Shown in pieces: positions 17,184 to 28,139 of a stretch of DNA of 64,000 nucleotides. Made by a program: the position numbers and the translations under genes. How positions within the stretch are numbered: the first letter of the stretch is position 1; each line of letters opens with the position of its first letter. The DNA is from Chrysomallon squamiferum (lineage: Eukaryota; Animalia; Mollusca): the NCBI GenBank assembly GCA_012295275.1, contig CM022667.1:8246001-8310000 (forward strand). Direction: 5' to 3'. Under the pieces are notes generated by a model that did not search any database, had not been told where the DNA came from, and saw only the letters and a list, made by a program, of their open reading frames with translations.

Positions 17184-17693
17184 TTATAAAGATACTTAAC
17201 ACTGATTTATCACTTTTTTAAATTTTATTGCTGACAGGTCAATGGAGGGCACAACACCTGCAATTAAAATAAAATATTTACATTTCACAAAGCAAAATTT
17301 TCTTAATCTCATTTGAAATAAATACTTACTCTTTATAGTTTCACTCTAACAGACACACAGACACAAACAGACAGCGAGGCAGAGACACAGAGATTACTGA
17401 ACAAAAACTGGTACCAACTTCAAATTGATCAGTAAATAACTCCAATTTTAGATTTTATTATTTTATTTTATGTATTTTATTATTATTATTAATTATTATT
17501 ATTAGTTTTATTTATTTATTTTTTTTTTGAATTTGTCATTTATTTTTTTTCCAGTTATTGATAAAGTGAAGTTATTTGTGTATACCATTGTTCCTAGTTG
17601 CAACCCTGCATAAGTCAAGGGACGTAACTCTTTGTACCTTAAATACATAATAATTTACTTCTATTCTGTTAGTTTTTTTTCTTTTTTTTTTTA

Positions 17694-17725
<32 letters not shown>

Positions 17726-18003
17726 CTTCACTGAAAATCGAAAATAATTAGACCTAACATATTTTAAAATCAATTGTGGACACAAACTTACATCACATGG
17801 AAATTCAAGATTTCACTTAAATTTAAATCTTTTTTTTTTTCAATTAACTGAATTAGACTTCTGAAGAATCTAATAATGAAATGTTTAGAATATTTGTTTA
17901 ACCTATATTTTAAGGACTTTACTTGTGATTATTCTCTCCTTACTCTCTCACATTATTGATAAACATTTTCTGAAACACACAAAAAAGCAACATACAGTTG
18001 CAA

Positions 18004-18083
<80 letters not shown>

Positions 18084-18559
18084 GTTAAATTTCGTGTTAT
18101 GATACTCAGTGAAATTATACAGTGAAGTAGAACTGGAGACAGACTGATATTTGTCGAATAGCACGACACTTTCAGTTAAAAATCAGGCAGGTATTTACTG
18201 TAAAACATTTATTTATAATTTTGCAGAGGTTTTCTAAAAAGAAGAAAAAAAACATTATGATACATTACTGCTATATAAACAAACATATTACTTTTTAAAG
18301 ATTTAAAAAAAAAAAAAAAAAAAAAATGGGACTGTTGACAATAGCTACCTACACACGTGATGACATTCACGCATAGAAATGATAGATCAGTTTTATCGTA
18401 TTTTTACTATTTACTATTTTATTTCCGAACGTAGATATATAACAAGTAACAGTTTAATAACACAACAGTTAATCTTACCAATGCATAACCTTTTACAAAC
18501 ACTGCCTGATAGCAATTTCAGTAAAACCGTATTGTAGTTTACTTCATGTTCGATTTCAT

Positions 18560-19255
18560 GTCTACGTGTGTACTTGCGTTTCCTTAATTGTTAAAAAAAT
18601 GTCCGCAACCCGCTTTAACCACTGACGCAATATTTACGATTTACCCAATGGATTGTCGTAAAAGATTTACTGCCAGCATACTTTGGGAATTTTCCACATT
18701 CATTGGAAGTAAATATGTCTAAATAGTTAGATTTATCCGAGTAAAATTTTTTATATATTACTTAATTTTAGAATGAAATATTTATTAAAAGTAGTTTTAT
18801 TAAAAATTGTTTTCGAAGTGATATTGTAAATTTACTAATAAACAAGTGACTATTTCGAGAGGAGATTCCCTGCTTCGCGGAATAGTTCAAGGCTTTTCGG
18901 GACATCACCATTCTACGTCATAGATATTTTAGGAAAACAACAATGTACCAAGTTTAGAAATTGACGTAAATATCTAAATTTAGCTAAGACGCATATGCCT
19001 CGGGATTCCGGTCTCATGGCGCGGAATAAAATAGTTCCGTAATCGGCACAATTTTATGAGAATAATTATAATAACAACAAATAATTATTAATAACTAAAG
19101 ATGTAATCATAATTCTGCTGTATTGTGTAAACGATTTAAATTCGTGACACTTCTGAAATGACTAATCGCGAACGCTGCGCATTAATCTCACACTTATGTG
19201 ATGCGGTTATGCTGGAGCTTAAATACCAAGCGAGACGGTATTTCACAATCAGTCA
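18560..19255. promoter_or_regulatory. Divergent promoter shared by CEBPG and the C/EBP activator gene
   Basis: TGACGCAA at 18624, kappaB GGGAATTTTCC at 18685 and GGAGATTCCC at 18861, GAS TTCGCGGAA at 18874, CTACGTCA at about 18913, TGACGTAA at 18962, TATA-like TTAAATA at 19219 about 30 nt before Inr-like TCAGT at 19249. CpG-rich. Confidence 0.7.
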
Positions 19256-19425
19256 GTCAGACTAAGAAAGCGAAACCTGGACAAAAAAAGTATCCAGAAA
19301 ATAATTAAACTGAACGTAAACGACCAGAAGACGAAAGACACGTGTTGTCTGACAACCGCCAAGATAGATCCCACAAGAGTAACGGTGCCGATTTTGTCTT
19401 TCGAAGACACGTTTCCTGGTTCACC

Positions 19426-19485
19426 ATGTCCCAGTATCGGAGAAATCTTGGATACCATGATGTACGAATCGCCGATCACGCTTGA
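19426..19485 (+). promoter_or_regulatory. Out-of-frame uORF (MSQYRRNLGYHDVRIADHA*) overlapping the C/EBP start codon
   Basis: ACCATGT at 19426 is the first AUG after the putative TSS. It ends in TGA at 19483-19485, past the main ATGs at 19457 and 19460. Confidence 0.7.
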
Positions 19486-20209
19486 GGCAGCAGGTGAGCT
19501 AAAAGAAAAGACATTTTCATCTTTGGCACGGGACGATATTTTACCGTATCTTGATCCTGTCCAAGAACATTCATTCGATCTGAGCAAATACATTACCGCA
19601 GACAGTAATTCAAATACTAAATCTGTTGTTAATATTCCCGTATCCTTAGATTCGACACTGGCTAACAGTCAGCAGCTAGACACGAAAACTTTCAACCCAG
19701 TCCATTTGGACTTGCCGGACACCTATGGGTTGACCAGTACCTACATGCCAGAGTGCGACCAACAAACTTCCGGCTCCGAGGATTCCCGAACGGAGTGGCA
19801 AGCCAGCACGGTGAAATCCGAAGACCTGGCATACAGTCCGGCGAGTAACGCGACAGACTCTTCTTTTGCGCCTCTGACGGTGGTGGAGTCGCCTTCGTCT
19901 TCGACGGACAGTCAGACCCACCACAGAAAGACGTCTAACAAAGGCGGACGAAAACGAAGCGTTGAGAAGGGAACCTCCGAATACGTGGAGAAACGAGCGA
20001 GAAACAACGTAGCGGTGAGAAAAAGTCGCGCGAAGGCGAAAGAAAAGCAGAAGTCAACAGAGAACAAAGTGAAAATTCTGCTGAGCGAGAACGAACAACT
20101 TCAGAAGAAAGTGGACTTGTTGACCAAGGAACTGAACGTTCTCAAAGGTCTGTTTATCAATGTGGGAACCGCCATACCGGACAGCTTCGCCAAACTGCTG
20201 GAGCAATGA
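19457..20209 (+). CDS. CEBP: Intronless CCAAT/enhancer-binding protein of the alpha/beta/delta/epsilon type (ApC/EBP or slbo-like), 250 aa from the first in-frame AUG
   Basis: bZIP EYVEKRARNNVAVRKSRAKAKEKQKSTENKVKILLSENEQLQKKVDLLTKELNVLKGLF; N-terminal activation box EHSFDLSKYI; VKSE SUMO-type motif. First in-frame ATG (ACCATGA) is at 19457; the track ORF starts at GTG 19385. Not assignable to a single vertebrate paralog. Confidence 0.93.
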   Translation: MMYESPITLEAAGELKEKTFSSLARDDILPYLDPVQEHSFDLSKYITADSNSNTKSVVNIPVSLDSTLANSQQLDTKTFNPVHLDLPDTYGLTSTYMPECDQQTSGSEDSRTEWQASTVKSEDLAYSPASNATDSSFAPLTVVESPSSSTDSQTHHRKTSNKGGRKRSVEKGTSEYVEKRARNNVAVRKSRAKAKEKQKSTENKVKILLSENEQLQKKVDLLTKELNVLKGLFINVGTAIPDSFAKLLEQ

Positions 20210-20830
20210 CGACACTTACCATTCCAGGGCACGCCCCTGGAGTGAGCGCCCCCCACTGCACGATTCTACTGATAGTGACCGTGACAGGTCAGACGTTCTT
20301 CGTTTGGACGTAGGTGTGTGTGACTTTCTTAAAGTGATTTGCAGTGAACATAGTGCTGCCACCGGCAACTGTTTTCATGGCAACTGTTTAGTTTTCTCCC
20401 CCGATCGGTGTAGAAACATTAGCTACTTTCGTTTTGGATATCTGAGCTGTCACAACGATTTCGCATGGATTTTTTTTCATAATGTCATTAACTACCATCG
20501 TGTAATCAGCATCCTTGTTTTGTTAAACATCTTCATTTTATTAAATGTTATACGTTTATACAACGCATCGTTTGATTTTATGTATTTTATTTTATTTTGT
20601 TGTTCAGTGTTGTGAGTACCCAGTCGTTTTAATTCTTACAATTAATCTGATATAGCCGATATTTACTGTTTTATTTATTTATTTATTTATTTTAATTTTT
20701 ATTTGTTATGTGCTATTAGGGAACGCTCTGTAATTTATTTTTAATATACATAATCGTTCCTGTTGTATACGCAAAGCTTGCACGTAATTTAACGTATTTG
20801 AACGCTAATAAATTATTCAATATTATAATT
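20210..20830 (+). promoter_or_regulatory. C/EBP 3' UTR with AU-rich elements and a poly(A) signal
   Basis: Overlapping ATTTA run at 20671-20690, several TTTTAT/TTTTAAT motifs, AATAAA at 20807-20812. Confidence 0.6.
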
Positions 20831-21114
20831 TATACACGGTGTTTGTACAATTCATTTTCACTAGGATATCTCGCCAAAAGTAAGATTATTTTAAATCGGT
20901 CGGCTATTTTAGATTAAGCAGAGAATTAAAGCTACTCTGGTGACATGGTTTGATTTATTAAACTGGGTTTTGCCTCACCTCCACAGCCTCAGTGTTCACT
21001 TGACAGCTGGTTGATATATGCTGTTATTTAATTATTTATCTGTTGATTATCACTCTGTATTACATCTGTATAATAACAGATGTTAAAACCTATTTACGTT
21101 TTAAATGATCATCA

Positions 21115-21186
<72 letters not shown>

Positions 21187-21207
21187 AATAATAATAATAT
21201 AATAATA

Positions 21208-21238
<31 letters not shown>

Positions 21239-21303
21239 TAATAATAACCGGTGAAATTTCAAATTTTATACATATTGCCAGAAAAATGAATTAAAAATAT
21301 AAG

Positions 21304-21342
<39 letters not shown>

Positions 21343-22101
21343 GTATAACATAATTCTTATATATAAGAATTATACAAAAACATTAACTGTTCAGATTTTA
21401 AAGTTTTGATGTGTAAAACAGAAGAAAAAAAAAAAAAAAGGAAAAAAAGATCATAGTAATTATTATTAATTTATTTGGAGAATTTGTTATAAACTAATTA
21501 TTATGAAATGAAACCAGACAAAATTACATAACAGGTGAAATATATATACATACAATTCTTGCACTTTAAAGACAGTTTAAAGACATAAATTAACAATAAT
21601 AATAATAATAAATAATAAAATCGCCAATTAAGTTTATTAATATATAAAACAGTCATGATTAAAAGGAATTTATTAAAAGCAAAACAGTTGAACTAAAATA
21701 TTACAGCAGGTGTACAGGTATTAAACTGAATTTGATACTGTTGTATAAAAATGAAATCTTCACAGCGAATGATTTCAAAAAGCATTTTTCATCTCTTTAT
21801 ATAATTGTTTTGTTTTTTTTACTTTTTAAAAATAACAATTTGAATAACTTTAAATAAGTTCAAAAGTACTGAATAAATTTAATTCAGTAAAATGTCCAAT
21901 GAAAAAAAACCTAAAAATAAAATCTATAAATATGAACACTAACAATATGAAATTAACAAACAAACATCCCCACAAAACAATTTTAGTAAACGTGCGTGCG
22001 TGCGTGTGTGTGTGATATATAAATTAGGAAGTAAACGTGCTAAAGTAAACGACTAAAAAAAGAAAAAAGAACACATAATTACAACGTATATTAATGAGGT
22101 G

Positions 22102-22132
<31 letters not shown>

Positions 22133-22480
22133 AGAAGAAATTATGTCAAATGCTTTCAGCAGAAAGCCTAACATGTTTCTTTACACGAATGTGATAAAAT
22201 AATGTATGTGGAACGTGGCCAACGCCTGCATGTTTCGATTTTATTCCATGAATATTATTACATCAAGTTTATACCTTGTAAAATTCCCCCCTGCCTGGAA
22301 AACCACCCGACACAGTCGACACTTTGTTTAGGTGCACGGAGCGTTATTGATGTGAACGTAAGAAGAGTACGTAACAGCATCAGCAAACTCAGTGTACACG
22401 TGTTAACTCGCTACTTAGTAGCAGTGTTTTATCTTTTCACTTCACTGCCCTTTTTTATAATCTACTGGTGTTAAAACCTT

Positions 22481-22563
<83 letters not shown>

Positions 22564-24537
22564 CACGTTTGTTACATAATTATGTCATTAATAACGTAAA
22601 TCTTTTATTTTAAAAATAATAATGAGAAGAAACTAATAATTATCCGCGCAAGTTTAAAGAATGGGTTATTTAAATACAAAGTACTCATTAACTGACACAC
22701 ACACAAAAAAAAGGATGGACGAACAGACAACAGACACTAGTGCTTTTAGGAAAAATTAGTTCTTATTCATTTTAAACATTTGAAAATAACTTTTGTAAAA
22801 TAATTAAATATATTTTTTAAATTACAAAGTATTTTTATGAATCAGTATAAATTATCTTACCGTCATTTTCTCGTTTGCTTGTTTCAGAAAAAATATATAT
22901 AGACATGTACAGTCATGATAATACCAACAAAATTAATTTATATTTCAAAGTAAAGATTAAATGTGAAAATTGAAAATATTTGGTTTTTATTTGTGACATT
23001 TGTAAACAATATAATAATAATAATAATCAGATTAATAAACAAAATGTAATAATAATAATAATAAATAAATAAATAAATACATTAGCATTACTACTACTAC
23101 TATACAGCAACTGCTACTACTACTACTACCACCAGTACTACTACTACTACGAATAATAATGATGATGATGATGATGATGATGACGACGACGACGATATAA
23201 AATAATCTCACTTTTGTTGACCTAAGTATTAACAATGATAATTCTGCATCTAATAATTTAAATCATAAAAATGTAGGTCATTTTACTGTCGATGATGTTT
23301 TAGTCTTTGACGACTTAAAAAAAAACCACACACACACACAAAAAACAGTATTAAAATGTGTCAGACAAGTGTTGTTTTTGTCACTACTGATAAATTCATG
23401 ATAAATACGTCGTCACCCACAGGTATGATAATATTTTTGGCAGTGAGGTAGTTTTACAACTCGAAGCAGACGATAACTGTTAATTGTGCTGATGTCTGTA
23501 ATGTACTGCTTCTTGATGAGGCAAACAACTCATTAATATTAATAAGTTAATCGCCGGAGGGCCCTGTGACGTCAGATATCTGAGTTTAAATTTAAAAAAA
23601 GAAAATGTAAAATTATTATTATTTTTACTTTTTGTATCATCATCGTCATCGTCATCGTGATCATCACATCATGATCATTTTTATTAAAGGATATTTAACC
23701 TAGATATATATATATATATATATATCAACTTAACGGAGTTTCACGAAGTTGTCATTTTCCTGTATTACTCGTCCTCGTCAAATCACGATTTATACAGATT
23801 TATTTTTAAATTTAAAAAATAGGAAAAAAATAGAAAAAAGAAAGAAAAAGAAAAAAAGAAAGAAAGGAAAAAGAAAGAAAGAAAAAAGAAAGAAAAGAAA
23901 TAAAGAAGAAAAAAAGGACTATCCCTATTAACTGTTAGTCTATATTAAATAAGTCATTTCTGTTTATTTATCTGTATCATCGATCAGACTAACATACATT
24001 GACTGTATCTGAAGAACTACAACGACGACGACGACAACAACAACAACAGTACTAATTATAATAACAATAACAATAAAATAGCAACAGACACACGCTAACA
24101 AACAAACAAAAAAAAATACTAGAAAATAAGATGCTTTTTGAATTATATTTTGTTCAGAAAAAAACATAAACCGAATTTTAGAAACATTAATCGACATTTT
24201 ATTTAAGGCAACGAACTGTTTATCGTCTTTTACTTAAAATTATTTCAATGCAGTGACATTTAATTTAAAATACGTGAAACCAGAGAGAGAAAATATGTTA
24301 TCCTGTTACTTATTTTATAATGTGTTACACCCAAACATTTACTAGGCGCTGAACAATACTAAACTTCGTATTAAACTACGTACTGCGTTACGAATTCTTT
24401 TAACAATAAGACTTACGGTTAAAGTATCCTGTTTCATGAGGTTTCTTTTTATTATTATTTCTTGTTAAAATGCTGACATCTATAGTATTTTATATTACAA
24501 TATTCACAACGACTTCATTATGATGCGAAGAGAGAGA

Positions 24538-24702
24538 GCGAGTGCAATCTTAAAAATAATTTACGTCATAATGAATTAGTGACGTCATATTTAACAATAA
24601 ATCGCGTCATAATGAATTCGTAACGTTATGACGCGATTTATTGTTAAATATGACGTCACTAATTTATTATGACGTAAATTATTGTTATTATTGCACTCTC
24701 TC
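24538..24702. repeat. Near-perfect inverted repeat (arms of about 75 bp, 13-nt loop) carrying CRE sites
   Basis: GAGTGCAAT...TTACGTCATAATGAATTAGTGACGTCATATTTAACAATAAATCGCGTCATAA [24613-24625 loop] TTATGACGCGATTTATTGTTAAATATGACGTCACTAATTTATTATGACGTAA...ATTGCACTC. Confidence 0.9.
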
Positions 24703-25279
24703 ACACACACACACACACTAATATATTAAACCAACCAGTTTATGTCTGTTTATACAAATTCTTCATAGAAATGCTTTCGCTGATATCTGTTCATATTCAA
24801 AATATAATTAATATGCCACATTTAAATATTTGTCAGACGCAATGTTTCTGCACTGCGATAAAAACGACGCAAGCTTTGAGTGTATTCAAATGATGAAATA
24901 CATATGTTATGTTTAATACTGGACATTAAAAACTCTTAGATATAAAACTGTAAGTTTTGGACATACAACGAGAATGTTGAAGCCGTCTTTATGTTTTTTC
25001 TCACACGTAACTTCCAGTACACGTAACTTCCAGTACACCTTACTACGTTTATTCCACATTACTGCTACCACCACCATCACCATAACTACAGCCACTACTG
25101 CTACTCCTACCAGAGCTACAACCACCGCTGCAACTTCTACCACTACTGTAACAACAACTACTACTACAACAGCTGTTGTAGCTACTGCCACTACTGTTAC
25201 TACTATTTCAATACTCAGTTATCATTATTACCCTACTTTTACTACTACCCATCTAATGACACCATCACTTCTACACTTA

Positions 25280-27000
25280 CAATTACTATTGCTACTGCAA
25301 TTTCAATACTACTACAACAACACGAAGATATTATTGCTACTGCAATTTCAATACTACTACAACAACACGAAGACATTATTGCTACTACTATTTCAATACT
25401 ACTACAACAACCACGATACTTATGCTACTATTATTTCAACACTACTATATTATAACCAACATGCTGTTGCTACTACTATTTCAATACAACTACTGTAACA
25501 ACCAAGATACTATTGCTACTACTATTTCAATACAACTACTACAACAACCAAGATACTATTGCTACTACTATTTCAGTACTACTACTACAACAACCAAGAT
25601 ACTATTGCTACTACTGTTTCAGTACTACTACTACAACAACCAGGATACTATTGTTACTACTATTTCATTACTACTACTACAACAACCAGGATACTACTGC
25701 TACTACTGTTTCAGTACAACTACTAAAACAACGAAGACACTATTGTTTCTACTGTTTCAAAACTAATAATATAACAACGAAGACACTATTGCTACTACTG
25801 TTTCAGTACTACTACTACAACAACCAGGATACTATTGCTACTACTGTTTCAGTACAACTACTACAACAACCAAGATACTATTGCTACTACTGTTTCAGTA
25901 CTACTACTACAACAACTAGGATACTATTGTTACTACTGTTTCAGTACAACTACTGTAACAACCAAGATACTATTGCTACTACTGTTTCAGTACTACTACT
26001 ACTACAACAACCAAGATACTATTGCTACTACTGTTTCAATACAACTACTACAACAACCAGGATACTATTGTTACTACTATTTCATTACTACTACTACTAC
26101 TACAACGAATACACTATTGTTTCTACTATTTCAAAACTAATAATATAACAACGAAGACACTATTGCTGCTACTATTTCAGTACAACTACTACAACAACCA
26201 AGATACTATTGCTACTACTATTTCAATACAACTACTACAACAACCAGGATACTATTGCTACTACTATTTCAATACAACTACTACAACAACCAAGATACTA
26301 TTGCTACTACTGTTTCAATACAACTACTACAACAACCAGGATACTATTGCTACTACTATTTCAGTACTACTACTACAACAACCAAGATACTATTGCTACT
26401 ACTGTTTCAGTACAACTACTGTAACAACCAAGATACTATTGCTACTACTATTTCAGTACAACTACTACAACAACCAAGATACTATTGCTACTACTGTTTC
26501 AGTACTACTACTACAACAACCAGGATACTATTGCTACTACTGTTTCAGTACTACTTACAACAACCAAGATACTATTGCTACTACTGTTTCAGTACTACTA
26601 CTACAACAACCAGGGATACTGTTTGTACAACTACTACAACAACCTACTATTTCATTACTACTACTACTACAACAACCAGGATACACTATTGTTTCTACTG
26701 TTTCAAAACTAATAATATAACAACGAAGACACTATTGCTACTACTATTTCAGTACTACTACTACAACAACCAAGATACTATTGCTACTACTATTTTACTC
26801 ACTACTACAACAACCAAGATACTACAACAACTAACAACAACAGGATACTATTGCTACTACTATTTCAGTACTATTGTTTACTACAAAACAACAACGAAGA
26901 CACTATTGCTACTACTATTTCAGTACAACTACTACAACAACCAAGATACTATTGTTACTACTATTTCAATACAACTACTATTACAACCAAGACACCATTG
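25280..27000. repeat. 46-bp minisatellite, about 1.7 kb
   Basis: Unit ACTATTGCTACTACT(A/G)TTTCAGTAC(A/T)ACTACTACAACAACCAAGAT. It explains the overlapping repetitive ORFs in all three plus frames. Confidence 0.95.
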
Positions 27001-27129
27001 TACTATGATTTTATTACTATCACTACAACGAAGAAACTACAATCATGACACTACTACTACTACTACCATTGCTGCTACCGTCACTACAACGAAGAAACTA
27101 CAATTGACACTCTCTTCATCGTCTGCTAC

Positions 27130-27178
<49 letters not shown>

Positions 27179-28065
27179 AATTCTTCTCTTTTTTTTAAAT
27201 TTATGCAAATATTGATTTATGTTCACCAATTAATCTACAATAAATGATTTCAGATATTAGATTCTCCTCTTACACTGTTCAGTCCTGTGTGTGTATGAAA
27301 TCTATATCTTGTCTCGGTGTCGTGTCTTTTCGAAAAACCTTGCCACCGGCCCATCTGTGTATCCCCAGTGTTGTGAGTGAACAATAGCGCGGTTTAAACA
27401 ACGCACTGCGGGTAGGATCAGTGACGAGCTTTGACTCCGAGGCGATCGTGTTTGTGACGTATTTACGTTTGTCACAAATATCGGTTTCTGTTAACAGTCG
27501 AACTAGCAAACAATCGTCAACAGATTGTTATCTGAATGGAACAAAACGACGTGTAATTTAATTCAGTTTGATTATCACGGAAGAAAAAAAAGAACTGGTA
27601 TACAGGTGCTTAAAAAAAAAAAACAACACCAAATAAATAAAAAAAAAAAAAAGAACAAAAAAACCCAACATAAATCGTTTTCTCGTTGACCTTGTAACAC
27701 TAGATCCACGCCAACATTTTATAATCGGTTACCGACATTGTGGTTTTTGTTTTGTTTCTGAACAGCATTAACATTTTTCTTTTTACTAACTCAAATATGC
27801 TTTTATCCTTTTGTTGGGGGTATTGAGAAGCCCTCCTGTAAGTAACACCTATATCGAAAACCTCAGTCCATGTAATAATGATGTGGTTGGAGTCGGCCAC
27901 TCCTAGACATAGTTCGCGGTAAAAGCAATCCACGTATTGACCTACATTTGCAATGAACCGCAAACAGTCTGAGTCGACAAACAAGACTAAGCAAACACAC
28001 AGTGCTTGAGTTTATTTCTTGGTAATCGCCAATCCTATATCCCTCTACCAGCATACGTCAGTTTT

Positions 28066-28139
<74 letters not shown>

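Noticed and set aside
20160-20615. 151-aa ORF overlapping the C/EBP stop codon
   Set aside because: It runs through the AU-rich 3' UTR, has no recognisable domain and no plausible initiation route.
25422-27247. Long overlapping ORFs (up to 330 aa) in the minisatellite
   Set aside because: They are translations of a 46-bp repeat cycling through frames, with no splice or homology support.
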